Positions 1 to 17,053 are shown, counted from the first letter of the stretch. The stretch: DNA of 64,000 nucleotides from Eledone cirrhosa (GCA_964016885.1 OZ024740.1:372001-436000), one strand, 5' to 3'. Numbers and translations are program-made. The notes: generated by a model not told the origin, from the letters alone.

Positions 1-1912
<1,912 letters not shown>

Positions 1913-4900
1913 TTCCTACCTCACAAGTTCCCTCCCCCCATCTCCACACACCACCATAGTCTATTCGACCAATCAAACCTAGCATGCCATTTCCACTGGT
2001 ACTACCTGCCTAACTAACTCTCTCCTCTGGCGCATCCCAACACACCCTGCCATTACCCCACCACCCACTGTTCTTCTAGCCCTCAATCATTTGAGCAACT
2101 CTGAATCAATAGATGAAATATGAATCTGCGAGCTACCAAGCACCCACGTGAAGCGCCAACCCAGAGACCCTCCCCTACGAGTGTCGACAAATGCCCAAAA
2201 CTCCGAGTTGGTACCATCAATGTAGGCTCAATGAAAGGAAGAGCAGGAGAAATCGTAGAAATGCTAGAGCGAAAGGAAGTTGATGTATGCTGTGTGCAAG
2301 AGACTAGATGGAGAGGAGGGTCTGCTAGAGTCCTTGTAGCAAAAAGCCAGTGCTACAAATTTTTCTGGGTGGGAAATGACGATGGGATGGGTGGTGTAGG
2401 TATACTATTAGCTGACAAGTGGGTAGATAAAGTAATCTCAGTGTACAGGGTAAATGCAAGAATCATTAAACTCAGACTAGTCCTGAATAAGACAACCACA
2501 ATAATATCAGCTTATGCACCCCAATCGGGGCTGCCAGACGAACTTAAGGATAGGTTTTACGAGTCTCTAATACACACTACTGCTCTAACAGACGACAAGG
2601 ACTTCCTAATCATTGCAGGAGATTTTAACGGACACGTAGGTAAACACTGCGACGGCTTCAATAGAGTACATGGAGGCCATGGAGTTGCCACCAGGAATGA
2701 GGAAGGATTCAGACTTCTAGAATTCTGCGACGCCAATGACATGTCGATATGTAACACAAACTTTAAAAAACCCGACAACCACCTGATCACCTATAGATCA
2801 GGGGAGCACTCTAGTCAGTTAGATTTTATCCTCATCAGAGGACGTGACAGATGGACGGTCGTAAACACAAAAGCCTTCCCTAGTGAGGAATGTACATCCC
2901 AACATAGCTTAGTTGTCAGCGACCTCACGGTCAGAACTAGACGAACCCGGAAACAGAGGCCAACCTGGAGAAGAAAGATCTGGAAGCTGAAAGTCCCCTC
3001 AACCAGTAACAGATTTAAAGATATTTTACTCAACGCCTACGACAGTAAAGAAGAACAGATAGAGACATTTAACGTAGAAGAGCACTGGGAGTTCCTAAAA
3101 AATAACTTACTAGAGGCGACGGATGAGGTTTGTGGCTGGAGTAAGACCTCAAGCAGGAGGAGAGTGACTTGGTGGTGGAACAATAAGGTAGATGAAGCAG
3201 TCAAGGCCAAGAGACAGGCATGGAAAGAATGGAAGAACGGGGGGAGCAGGGTACATTACATAGAGACCAAGAGGGAAGCTAGGCGACAAGTATACTTAGC
3301 TAGGAGGGAAGCAGAGGATAGAAAATTCAAGCATGTTTTACAACGTGAGGACCAGAAACAGGAGGTATTCAAGATTGCGAGGCAGTGTGTCAGAGATAGT
3401 TGTGATGTCATTGGAGAGAAGTGTATCCGGAATGATAAAGGTGAGCTTGCCCTCACAAGTACTGAGAAGAAAGATGCATGGAAGAGTCATTATGATAGAT
3501 TACTAAATGAGGAGAGTGCATGGGAAGAAGAGACCCTACCCACGTAGACCCTATAGAGGGACCAGCAGTACAAGTCAGCGGCAGCGTAGTAAGTAAGGCA
3601 ATCAGAGATATGAAGATAGGGAAGGCAACCGGTCCATCGGGTATAGCTGCCGAGATGCTGAAGGCATCTGGGTCTGTAGGTCACACTATAACCACACGTA
3701 TCGTTAACCAGGTAATACTAGAGGGGGCCATACCAAAAGATTGGTGCAGTAGCATCATTGTCAACTGCTACAAAGGTAAAGGCGATGCACTAGATAGAGG
3801 AAACTATAGAGGTATAAAGTTGATGGACCAGGTCATGAAAGTAACAGAAAGAGTTATAGCACAGCTGATTAGGGACCGGGTGAATATAGACGAGATGCAA
3901 TTTGGGTTTGTACCAGGGAAAGGCACCACTGATGCGCTCTTCCTTGTGAGGCAATTACAGGAAAAGTACCTAGCTAAAAGTAAGCCACTCTACTTGGCAT
4001 TTGTCGACCTTGAGAAAGCCTTTGACAGAGTTCCACGTGCGGTAATCTGGTGGGCTCTTAGAAAACTAGGAGTAGATGAATGGCTTGTGAAAGCGGTACA
4101 AGCCATGTATAGGGGAGCAGTCAGCAAAGTTAGGATTAGCAATGAGTATAGCGAGGAATTTAGCGTACAGGTTGGGGTCCACCAGGGCTCTGTTCTTAGC
4201 CCTCTCCTGTTCATCATAGTCCTGCAGGCAATAACGGAGGAGTTTAAGACCGGATGCCCATGGGAACTCCTGTATGCTGATGACCTCGCACTCATAGCTG
4301 AATCTATGGTAGAACTAGAGAATAAATTCCAAACCTGGAAGCAGGGACTAGAGAGAAAGGGCCTCAAAGTCAACATGACAAAGACTAAGGTCCTTATAAG
4401 TAGACGAGAAAACAGAACCCAGATCCCCTCAGGGAAATGGCCTTGCTCAGTATGTAGGAAAGGTGTAGGTAGGAACTCCATTCTCTGCCCCAAATGCAAA
4501 CAATGGGTACACAAGAGATGTAGCGGGATCTCAGGAAGCTTAATTAAGAATGTAGGATTCACATGCAGCAGCTGTGCTGAAACAGCAAGCAAACAGCCAC
4601 AGAAAACAAGTACCACCAATCTCTGGGAGGGCCCTGTAGAAACAGTAGACAGCTTCTGCTACCTAGGTGACCGAATTAGCAGCGGAGGTGGGTGCTCAGA
4701 AAGTACAATAACTAGGGTAAGAACGGGATGGAAGAAGTTTAGGGAACTACTACCACTGCTAGCTGCAAAAGGCTTCTCCCTCAGAATGAAAGGCAGACTG
4801 TATGATGCGTGTATCCGAACAGCGATGTTGCATGGTAGTGAGACCTGGGCGCTGAAGGTGGAAGACTTACGTAGATTAGAGAGAAACGAAGCCTGCATGC

Positions 4901-5536
4901 TCCGATGGATGTGTAACAGTAATATACGTGAACGACAAAGCATAAATGAATTGAGAGAGAGACTGAGCATAAGAGGAATCAAATGCTGCGTGCAGGAGAG
5001 GCGGTTACGCTGGTATGGACATGTGATGCGTATGAAGGATGACAGCTGCATAAAAAGGTGCAGAGCACTAGAAGTTGATGGAAACCGCGGAGTGGGGAGA
5101 CCCAAGATGACTTGGGATGAGGTGATAAAAGCCGACCTTACCCAACTACACCTCTCAAAGTCAATGACACACGACCGTGACTTCTGGCGTCACGCAGTAA
5201 TACAGGGTACCCGACCTCCCATGGGTACATGCTGAAGCATATAAACAATATGCCCCCACTCCCCCCACCGCAATGTGGTCGTGGAGGTGCCACGGCAAAA
5301 AAGCACCCAGCCCACACTGTAAAGTGGACATGTAGGCGCCACGAAAAAGCACCCAGCACTCACTGTAAATGAGGTTGGTGTTAGGAAGGGCATCCAGCTG
5401 TAGAAATCAAGCCAGATCAGTTCCTGTATGAGCAAGGCATGGTCAGCCGACCAGACACTGCCCACAACAGGACAACCCGTCTAACCCATGCTAGCGTGGA
5501 AGAACGGACGTAAAACGGTGATGATGATGATGATGA
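1913..5536 (+). mobile_element. RTE-clade LINE family A, copy A1: near full length, one frameshift
   Basis: C-rich 5' UTR, then ORFs 2120-3547 (APE) and 3520-5235 (RT), 3' UTR and (ATG)n tail at about 5518-5536. TA/CA arrays on both sides. Almost identical to 36289-39953. Confidence 0.96.
2120..5235 (+). pseudogene. APE endonuclease-reverse transcriptase polyprotein with a 1-bp frameshift near 3540
   Basis: APE motifs QETRW, SAYAP, GDFNGHVG, SQLDFIL; RT motifs FVDLEKAFDRV, QGSVLSP, YADD, YLG. Reads ctacccacg here versus ctaccccacg in A2 and A3; this may be a homopolymer error. Confidence 0.92.
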
Positions 5537-5936
5537 CATATATATATACACATATATATATATATATATATACACACACATATATATACACACATATATA
5601 TACACACACATATATATACACACACATATATATACACACACATATATATACACACACACATATATATATATATATATATTTTTTAAAAAGCCTTCATGAG
5701 CCCCTTTTTTCAAGAAGAAATTGAAACACTCATATGAAAAAACAACCTGTGACCCCCCCCCCCTTCTTTGAAGAACTTTGTAACGCGAACTGGCGCGAAA
5801 TTATTGACCAACCAATCAAATTACTTCTCGAAAAACTTGGCATTTCGAGCTACTTTTTCCATATAAAACAAGTAACATTCAGAGACCAACCAGATGTGAG
5901 AAAAACCACAGACCCTCCATCTCAACTCTACTTTTG

Positions 5937-7008
5937 AAAAGCAAAAGAACTGCGAAACCGGTGCCCTCAGGGAAATGGCCATGCTCAGTGTGTAGGAAAG
6001 GAGCAGGCAGAAATTCCATTTTATGTCCCAAATGCAACGTATGGATACATAAAAGATGTATTGGGATCACAGGTAAACTATCTAAGAACGTAGACTTTAT
6101 ATGTGGCCAATGCTCAGGTGCAATAAGTAGCAAGTGTCCACAGGATACTAGCTCCTTCTATTGCCCAGATGGTTCTATAGAAATAATAGACACTTTCCGT
6201 TACCTGCCTGACGAAATCAGCAGTGGTAGAGGGTGTTCTGAAAGTACAGTAGCCAGAGTCAGAACGGGATGGAAAAGGTTCAGAGAGCTTATACCGCTGT
6301 TGGCCACAAAAGGTTTATCTCTAAAAATGAAAGGCAGATTGTATGATGTGCCTGCATACGAACAGCAATACTACATGGAAGTGAGACATGGGCATTGTGT
6401 GCAGAGGACCTGCGCAGACGGGAAAGGAACGAAGCTTGCATGTTCCGTTGGATGTGTAATAGTAATATACGTGAACGGCAAAGCATAAATGAACTAAGTG
6501 AGAAATTAGGAATAAGAGGAATCCGATGCTGTTTACTTGAAAGAAGACTACGTTGGCATGGCTACATGATGCGCATGAAAGACTACAGCTGTATAAAAAA
6601 GTGCAGTGTGATCAAAATTGATGGAAGTTACGGAGTAGGCAGACCCAGAAAAACATGGGACGATTTGACAAATTCCGACCCTACACACTTGCACCTCTCT
6701 AAGACAATGTCACTGGACCACAACATCCAGTTCAAATTAATGAGATAATGAGATCGAGATCGTCTAGGTGTCACGACAAAAATAAACACAGTCCACGCTG
6801 TAATGTGGCCGTGTAGGCAACACGGTAAAAAGTTCCCAGTCGACACTGTAAATGTGGTTGGTGTTAGGAAGGGCATCCAGCCATAGAAAACCTGCCAGAT
6901 AGTCCTGTACGAGCGAGACACGGTCACCCGACCAATCTTGCCTCAAATTGGGACAACTCCTGTCTAACCCATGCTAGCGTGGAAGATAGACGTTAAACAA
7001 TGATGATG
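5937..7008 (+). mobile_element. RTE family B, 5'-truncated degenerate copy
   Basis: ORFs 5934-6488 and 6395-6748 encode the PHD-like finger and RTE C-terminus (RRLRWHG, GRPRKTW), followed by a B-type 3' UTR and ATG tail. Confidence 0.9.
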
Positions 7009-7056
7009 GCATAGTATATATATATAGTATATTCTACAACGGGAGGACTAAAGTAA

Positions 7057-7693
7057 CGTGTAATAGTAACGTGCGCGAAAAGTGAATTATAAACGAACTA
7101 AGAGTGAGACTAAGCAGAAGAGGTATCAAATGTGTTCTGGAGAGGAGATTGTGTCGGTATGGACATGTGTCGGTATGGACATGTGATGCGCATGAAGGAC
7201 GACAGCTGTATAAAAAAGTGCAGGGCAATGAAAATTGATGGAAGCTGTGGAGTGGGTAGACCAAGAAAAACCTGTGACGAGGTGATAAAAACTGACCTTG
7301 CCCACCTACGCCTCTCTAAGACAATGACACTGGATTGAGACCTTTGGCGCCATGCAGTTATACAGAAGACCCGACTCTGCCAATACATACAAATCTACAG
7401 TCAGTAGGCACCTCTTAACTCAATGTACACCCCACCGCTACAACCTAACCAACCCTTCCTCTCCCGTTCCATCCATTGTGTCGATGACACAACAGTCCAC
7501 ACTGTAAGGTGGCTGAGTAGGAAACACGGTGAAAAGGCTCCCAGTCCACACTGTAAATGTAACTGGTGTTAGGAAGGGCATCCAGCTGTAAAAAACCTGA
7601 CAGACGCTTCCGTGCGAGCGAGACAGTCTCCCAACCATTCCCGCATCAACTGGGACAAAACCGTCTAACCCATGCTAGCGTAGAAGATGATGA

Positions 7694-7697
<4 letters not shown>
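7057..7697 (+). mobile_element. RTE 3' fragment of a related subfamily
   Basis: YGHVMRMKDDSCIKKC coding, shared 3' UTR motif ggtgttaggaagggcatccagc, terminal ccatgctagcgt hairpin, and (ATG)n running into (TA)n. Confidence 0.88.
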
Positions 7698-7739
<42 letters not shown>

Positions 7740-8642
7740 CTAGCAGCAGTACCCAGCGTTGCCTGGGTAGGTAAAATAATATCTGCTTTGGTGAAAAGGT
7801 GTTGATCTAAGCGACTTCGTGTTTCTTGAAAATCGGTTGTAAGGTGTAGCAAATGGTGAAATGTTGAGTGAAATTGTATGGAATATGTGGGAGGTGGAAA
7901 AAATCGTATTTTGAAGAGTTAAACGGCTGCCACGCCGTCCCTGAACAAAAAATGCAAAGTGTAAAGCTACTATAAGATGTGCAATGATAGGTTCTATTGT
8001 AGTATAAAAGTTGAACCAAATAAATTGATTTATGTGTGAGGTGGAGCCAAAGTTTCGAATTTGAAAGAAATCGGTTGAAAAATCTGGGAGCTAGAGCCAA
8101 AAAGGCGAAAATTTGAGCGAAAATGTGGTACTTTTGAATATTTAAGTAGCTGCCATGCCGTTCCTGAACAAAAAAATCAACTTTAAGACGTGAAATAATC
8201 AGATCTAGCGTAGTGTAAAATTTGAACAAAGCAGGTTGATTAATGTGGGAGCTAGAGCCGAAAAAGTGGAAATTTGAGTCTAAAAGTGGTATTTTTGAAT
8301 ATTTAAGCGGCTGCCACGCCGTCCATGAACAACAAATGCAAAATATAAAGCCATTACAGGATGTGCAATGATAAATTCTATTTTGCTTTAAAATTTGAAT
8401 GAAATCGGTGGCAAAATGTGGGAGCTAGAACCAAAAATCTTATTTTTCGATACCTAAAAAAGGGTGACCCCCCCCCCCCCCCATATCGATTTTTATCTGC
8501 AGAATGAATAAAAAAAACAATACGCTGATATATAGAAAACACTCCCCGATGACTAATCTATGAGCCTGTAAAGTTTCATGAAAATCGGTCGTAAGATGTA
8601 GGCCCCTGTAGGTAATACACAGACACACACAATTTTATATAT
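7740..8642 (-). mobile_element. Non-autonomous Helitron
   Basis: Minus-strand 3' end is a hairpin (tacccagcgttgcctgggta, 7750-7769) followed by CTAG|T at 7740-7743. Internal subrepeats gctgccaYgccgtYc x3 and tgggagctaga x3. The other end reads aagtttcatgaaaatcggt...cagacacac, but the 5' TC is not preserved. Confidence 0.7.
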
Positions 8643-9299
8643 GTGTGTGTGTTTGAATGTATGTGTGCGTGTTTGAATGTATGAATGCGTGTGTATGTGT
8701 GTATTAGTCAATGGGCAAAATTTAATAAGCTGTGATGTTGATTTAGCAATTATTGTTTGTAGAGAAGTTTGTTAGAAATCAGCCAGTAAATGAATTAATA
8801 TATATTACATATGGCTAAATTTGATATACTTATAGTAATCAGTGATGTGTGGCATAGCAAATAGAAGCTGGTTTATGGTGGGGAACAGGAAGTAGAGTTA
8901 TATATCTTAGTAGTGAGGCACAACACAATAAAATGTTGATTAGTCCCAAGTCAATCCTAGACAAGTAACAGGACTATAATCAAAGGCCTTCCTCTAGTGA
9001 CCATCACACTATTTTCTAGACAGATTGCAAATTAACAGAGGCAGTACTTCTAGCTGTGTGTGATCCGAGTTCAAACCCCATCAAAGTCAACTTTGCTTTT
9101 CATCTTTTCGGGGTTGATAAGTACTGCTCCAAAACAGTGGATTGGTAGAATAGGGAAAGCACAGACTGAAGTGCCTTGTGGTGTTTGTTCTGGCTTTTTG
9201 CATTTTTAATTCAAATGTCACTGTGGCTTGCTTGGGCAATAAATTTAATCTGCCACATGACTTAATACCAATATCTGGCCTTTGCTTCCTTTAGCAGAG

Positions 9300-9625
9300 T
9301 ACATTCTAGGTTTCTCCCTACTTACAAAAAGAAAGCTGTATGGTGCATGCGTGCAGTGCGTGATGCTGCATGGGAGTGAAACATGGGCTGCAACTGCAGA
9401 TGACATCGTGTTTCATTGGATGTGCAATGTATATGTAAGAGAAAGGCAAAGTTTGTACAAGCTGAGGGAAAAAGGCCTGAACAGAAGTTGTGAGAGGGGA
9501 CCTCAAATCACTAGGACTGGCAGAGGAGATGATGAGGGGTGTGACAAGTGGAGAGATGCCGTGCTGAGAAGGACCACTTGAACCCATGCAAGCATGGAAA
9601 AGTGGACGTGAAAACGATGATGATT
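9300..9625 (+). mobile_element. Old RTE 3' relic
   Basis: MLHGSETWA coding, cccatgcaagcatgg hairpin and gatgatga tail. Confidence 0.75.
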
Positions 9626-9949
9626 CTACTGCTAGCATTCAAACCAAGTCTCTTGGAGGGTTTCTACCTTGCTTAATTCCCACCAATCTCAGAGGCCCTA
9701 AACAGTAATACAGGGCTATTCCACAGATACACATACCTTTAAGTTAATTCACAGGGAGATTCAAAATGACACCATCAGTTTTGACAATGGGTGTTCCAGT
9801 AGTTCAGTTAACAGAAGAGCTTGCTCATAGAACTAGCATCTAAGTGACTGAGAATTCCAGACACATGTACCCTTAACGTAATTCTCAAGATTTCAACATG
9901 ACACCATGTGTGACAATGCAGGCACTTTCAAATACAGGTGCAGTCCATC

Positions 9950-10110
9950 CAATGGACTTCTAAACAGTTTCTGTCAACACAATCTCACTCACAAAACATA
10001 GGCTGACCCAAGGTTGTGATAAATGACACTTGCCCTAGATTCCTCACAGTAGAATCGAACCTGGGACCCACTGATTACAAGGCTAACTCTTTTACCACCC
10101 AGCCATGCTG
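9950..10110 (-). mobile_element. Degenerate tRNA-derived SINE (related relics near 48945-49085 + and 54845-54965 -)
   Basis: Minus strand shows A-box-like tggctgggtggtaaaa, B-box ggttcgattc and a CORE-like gggcaagtgtc. Confidence 0.55.
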
Positions 10111-10139
10111 TGTACAGTTTAGGGGTAATTACAGCACAT

Positions 10140-10246
10140 AATGGTGATGATGATGATGATAGTGATGATGATGATGGCGGTGATAATGATAATGGCGGTA
10201 GTGATGATAATGATGATGGTGATAGTAATGATGACAATGATGGTGG
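10140..10246. repeat. Degenerate (GAT)n trinucleotide repeat
   Basis: Directly visible. Confidence 0.85.
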
Positions 10247-11101
10247 AGATCATTAATGAAACATAGTATTGGTAGCAATAATTCTGACAATGATTATGAT
10301 AAAGATATTAAGAATGTTACTGATGATGGAGATAATAATGAAAAGAGTGGCAGGAGGTTGTTAAATCAATACTACTACTACCACTACAACCATCGCTACA
10401 ATTACCACCACCACCACTACCATTATTAGCAGATACTTCCATGCCTGGAATCAATAGTCCAATATGTAAAAGATCAGATATGAAACATTCTCAACAACAT
10501 TGGCATTATGCATATTAATTTAAGTTTGGAGTCGTTTGAAACCTATGAACCAATGATAATCGAGAATTATGACACACGGAATACTGACATTGTTGAAATT
10601 AATATATAGATAAGTACCAGTAATGCACTGGGGTCAATTTAGTTGACTTCCCCCTCCCCCAAAATTGCTGACCTTGTGCCTATATCAGAAATCATTTTTT
10701 GTGCCTATATCAGAAACCATTTTTTGTGGCAAATAAAAAGAAATTATTATTAAGTACCAGTAATGCACTGGGGTTGATTTACTCCCCCAAAATTGTTGCC
10801 CTTATGCCTAAATCAGAAACCATTAATTTACAAAAAAAACAAAAACCACTTTGAATCAGTGAGGACTTATTGATTAAACTTGTTGATTTAAATGTATAGT
10901 ATTTTTAATACTATTCAGTGTGAATGTGTACTTTTAGTTTTAATTTCTATTATAAATTTATATGAAGTACAACTCGCCTTTAAATTAAAAAAATTATAAA
11001 AGCAAAGAATATACGAACAAACTTGCTTGTTTTACAACAACGAGAATTGTGAAATAAAATATCACTTAACTATATCATTTTCATATATATAAACACCCAC
11101 C

Positions 11102-11454
<353 letters not shown>

Positions 11455-13216
11455 AGATTGCGAGGCAGTGTGTCAGAGATAGTTGTGATGTCATTGGAGA
11501 GAAGTGTATCCGGAATGATAAAGGTGAGCTTGCCCTCACAAGTGCTGAGAAGAAAGATGCATGGAAGAGTCATTATGATAGATTACTAAATGAGGAGAAT
11601 GCATGGGAAGAAGAGACCCTACCCCACGTAGACCCTATAGAGGGACCAGCAGTACAAGTCAGCGGCAGCGTAGTAAGTAAGGCAATCAGAGATATGAAGA
11701 TAGGGAAGGCAACCGGTCCATCGGGTATAGCTGCCGAGATGCTGAAGGCATCTGGGTCTGTAGGTCACACTATAACCACACGTATCGTTAACCAGGTAAT
11801 ACTAGAGGGGGCCATACCAAAAGATTGGTGCAGTAGCATCATTGTCAACTGCTACAAAGGTAAAGGCGATGCACTAGATAGAGGAAACTATAGAGGTATA
11901 AAGTTGATGGACCAGGTCATGAAAGTAACAGAAAGAGTTATAGCACAGCTGATTAGGGACCGGGTGAATATAGACGAGATGCAATTTGGGTTTGTACCAG
12001 GGAAAGGCACCACTGATGCCCTCTTCCTTGTGAGGCAATTACAGGAAAAGTACCTAGCTAAAAGTAAGCCACTCTACTTGGCATTTGTCGACCTTGAGAA
12101 AGCCTTTGACAGAGTTCCACGTGCAGTAATCTGGTGGGCTCTTAGAAAACTAGGAGTAGATGAATGGCTTGTGAAAGCGGTACAAGCCATGTATAGGGGA
12201 GCAGTCAGCAAAGTTAGGATTGGCAATGAGTATAGCGAGGAATTTAGCGTACAGGTTGGGGTCCACCAGGGCTCTGTTCTTAGCCCTCTCCTGTTCATCA
12301 TAGTCCTGCAGGCAATAACGGAGGAGTTTAAGACCGGATGCCCATGGGAACTCCTGTATGCTGATGACCTCGCACTCATAGCTGAATCTATGGTAGAACT
12401 AGAGAATAAATTCCAAACCTGGAAGCAGGGACTAGAGAGAAAGGGCCTCAAAGTCAACATGACAAAGACTAAGGTCCTTATAAGTAGACGAGAAAACAGA
12501 ACCCAGATCCCCTCAGGGAAATGGCCTTGCTCAGTATGTAGGAAAGGTGTAGGTAGGAACTCCATGTAGGTAGGAACTCCGATGGATGTGTAACAGTAAT
12601 ATACGTGAACGACAAAGCATAAATGAATTGAGAGAGAGACTGAGCATAAGAGGAATCAAATGCTGCGTGCAGGAGAGGCGGTTACGCTGGTATGGACATG
12701 TGATGCGTATGAAGGATGACAGCTGCATAAAAAGGTGCAGAGCACTAGAAGTTGATGGAAACCGTGGAGTGGGGAGACCTAAGATGACTTGGGATGAGGT
12801 GATAAAAGCCGACCTTACCCAACTACACCTCTCAAAGTCAATGACACACGACCGTGACTTCTGGCGTCACGCAGTAATACAGGGTACCCGACCTCCCATG
12901 GGTACATGCTGAAGCATATAAACAATATGCCCCCCCCCCCCCCACCGCAAGGTGGTCGTGGAGGTGCCACGGCAAAAAAGCACCCAGCCCACACTGTAAA
13001 GTGGACGTGTAGGCGCCACGAAAAAGCACCCAGCACTCACTGTAAATGAGGTTGGTGTTAGGAAGGGCATCCAGCTGTAGAAATCAAGCCAGATCAGTTC
13101 CTGTATGAGCAAGGCATGGTCAGCCGACCAGACACTGCCCACAACAGGACAACCCGTCTAACCCATGCTAGCGTGGAAGAACGGACGTAAAACGGTGATG
13201 ATGATGATGATGATGA
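11455..13216 (+). mobile_element. RTE family A, copy A2: 5'-truncated with an internal deletion
   Basis: Begins at the sequence matching A1 3372; RT ORF 11694-12569; about 420 bp deleted at the 12564-12580 junction; intact 3' UTR and tail. Confidence 0.95.
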
Positions 13217-14255
<1,039 letters not shown>

Positions 14256-14257
14256 CT

Positions 14258-14932
14258 TCATCATCATTGTTTAACGTCCGTTTTTCTACACTAGCATGGG
14301 TTAGACAGATTCTCCCGATTGAGGCAAATAGGGTCAGGTGACCGTGTTTTGCTCTCAAAGAACTGTTTCTGACTTGGTTTCTATGGCTGGATGCCCTTCC
14401 TAACACCAACCACATTTACAGTGTGGACTAGGTACTTTTTGTTGTGACACCTACATGACCACTTTACAGTGTGGACTGGGTACTTTTTGTTGTGACACCT
14501 ACATGACCACTTTACAGTGAGGACTGACAGTGAGAACTGGGTACTTTTTGTTGTGACACCTACATGACCACTTTACAGTGTGGACTGGGTACTTTTTGTT
14601 GTGACACCTACATGACCACTTTACAGTGTGGACTAGGTACTTTTTGTTGTGACACCTACATGACCACTTTACAGTGAGGACTGACAGTGAGAACTGGGTA
14701 CTTTTTGTTGTGACACCTACATGACCACTTTACAGTGTGGACAGGGTACTTTTTGTTGTGACACCTACATGACCACTTTACAGTGTGGACTGGGTACTTT
14801 TTGTTGTGACACCTACATGACCACTTTACAGTGTGGACTGGGTACTTTTTGTTGTGTCACCTTCATGACCACTCTACAGTGTGGACTGGGTACTTTTTGT
14901 TGTGACACCTACATGACCACTTTACAGTGAGG
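14258..14932 (-). mobile_element. RTE 3' UTR fragment whose 48-bp internal unit has expanded into a minisatellite of about 10 copies (14415-14932)
   Basis: Tail catcatcat, RTE terminal motifs (ctagcatgggttagac, gctggatgcccttcctaacaccaacc), then tandem tttacagtgtggactgggtactttttgttgtgacacctacatgaccac. Confidence 0.88.
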
Positions 14933-16267
14933 ATACACACACGTAAAATACTCGGTATCCATATATTATCAGTCTTTGTTTCTTAAGAATACTAAATTAT
15001 ACATTTCTTTGTATTACCATATAATCAGGTGGAGAGGAAGAGCGGCACTCGTGTCTCTTCTCAGTGTCTCCAAGACATGTGGGACGGAGGAACCTATTCT
15101 TAAATAGGAGACATGGTCTCACTGCTTCTAACAACTCGCTATTAAATTGACTCCAAAGAATAAAAGGCAAAGTTCATTGTAGCAGGAAACACAGCACAAA
15201 AGGTGGTGTGGCCAACTAGTTGTAATCTAGTTGACCACACCACTATCATCTGGTGCTAATCTACGAGATCACATTTCTTTCCAGTCATGTACTGGTGTTA
15301 ATGTGTTGTGTCCTTGAGCAGTTCACTCAGCTGTACAAATGTGTCGTGTGCCAAGCTGTATTAGCCTTTGTCTCTCCCTCGGACAACATCGGTGGCATGG
15401 AATGCTGGTCTCCCACAAAAAACATTACTGTATTCTACTCACCCTTAAACATGAACAGCATGCAGTTAGAACCATCAAGGTCAAAAGAAATGCTAGTTTT
15501 TAACATCAGTGAAGATCTCACCCAGTGGATGCACATCCTCAACAACAAAGCCTGCCTCTTTACACAAATTCAAATAATAATCCAGCTCTCAACAACTATT
15601 AAACCTCTAAAAAGCTGGGGCAAGACCCACAATCGAGCACTGGTTCCATATCTACAACAGCTTTGCTGTTACACAAACATCTTAGATCACATAGAAAGGG
15701 AGGCTGATTGACATGCAGTCACTCACCAACATGTCACCTCCCTGTTTTTTATACTACTACTACCACTACAATAGTCTGTTTCCCAAGATCACTGACTAGT
15801 GGTATGCCACCTCCACCAACTCACTCGTGTATCTCTCTATCAACGATATTGTCTCTACTCACCACCATCCCAGCAATAACTGCTACACTTGGTTTCTCCC
15901 CACCACCAGAACGTCAGCTAGAAATAGCAGCCAAAGCTTCTTCAAACCATACATTATAGTCCCCCGCTCCAGGCCCAAATATAACAGAACAAATGGATAA
16001 TATATTGCTAAGATACACTATCTGATAAAATACAAACGGAATGTTCATGTCAGGACAGCATCTGAATATAGATATGTTTGTGTTTATGGAGCAGAGATGG
16101 TGGCCTGGGGTTATAATAAAAACAACAAAATATTATTTTAACATATGTACACCGAAATATTTTAGAGAAGCAGAAGACAGATATCCGGATTTTATGGTGT
16201 GAAATTATTTTTTTTTTTTTTTTTTTTTTTTTAAACAAATGGTCCGAATGTCCGAATAATTTTCATT

Positions 16268-16295
16268 TTTGCGCATGCGTTAAAGCACGTGCGCT
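16268..16295. promoter_or_regulatory. Possible promoter motif cluster (NRF1-like TGCGCATGCG plus E-box CACGTG)
   Basis: Two adjacent CpG-containing palindromic motifs in AT-rich unique DNA; motif match only. Confidence 0.25.
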
Positions 16296-16304
16296 AATAT
16301 TGAA

Positions 16305-16912
16305 AATAATTGTTTCTACTTTTGGCACAAGGCCATCAATAAACCAGTGTATTACTGGTACTTTATTTTATCGACCCCGGTAAGGATGAAAGGCAAAGTT
16401 AACCTCGGCGGGATTTGAACTCAGAATGGCAAGGACCGTAACTATGCGTCAAAGTATGGCGTCCGACCCTCTAATAATTGTTTCTACTTTAGGCACAAGG
16501 CCAGCAATTACCCAGTGCATTACTGGTACTTTATTTTATCGACCCCGTAAGGATGAAAGGCAAAGTCAACCTCGGCGGGATTTGAACTCAGATCGTAAAG
16601 GGACGTAACTATGCTGGAAAGCATGGCGTCCGACCCTCTACCGATACTGCCTAATAATAATTTATGATGAGTATTGGTTAAAGTTTCGGTTAAGTGACGA
16701 AATAGTCACAGCTGGAATGATGAATCTCTGTTGAAATTTCTTTACGCATAACATTCTTAATACATGTGCAAAAACCAAAATAAATTGGAATGCTATGTTT
16801 TGATACATATATATATATATAATAGTTTCTACTTTTGGCACGAGGCCAGCAATTAGCCCAGTGCATTACTGGTACTTTATTTTATCGACCCCGTAAGGAT
16901 GAAAAGCAAAGT
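16305..16912 (-). mobile_element. Cluster of three copies (two in tandem, one partial) of a second tRNA-derived SINE family
   Basis: Repeated tttctacttttggcacaaggcc...tggtactttattttatcgacccc..aaggatgaaaggcaaagt..cctcggcgggatttgaactcag (B box gagttcaaat on minus). Related copies near 9065, 10612, 47815 and 54400. Confidence 0.8.
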
Positions 16913-17053
16913 ATAATGTGTTTATATTTGTATTTATCAACGACATTATATATGTAATGTTATTCTGAAAGAATTGTGAGCAATTTGTAATGTTATTTAT
17001 ACAACTGAATAAAGTTGATAAACATTCAATTAAACCCCCTATATATATATATA

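Noticed and set aside
3520-3547. Programmed frameshift between ORF1 and ORF2
   Set aside because: A2 and A3 carry the extra C and A3 is one continuous ORF, so this is a 1-bp deletion or sequencing error.
3990-5105. Recurrent antisense ORFs within LINE copies (209 aa, 148 aa and others)
   Set aside because: Shadow frames of the RT; they recur only because the copies are near identical.
14415-14932. CRISPR-like regular array
   Set aside because: Units are contiguous with no unique spacers, derive from the LINE 3' UTR, and there are no cas genes in this eukaryotic context.
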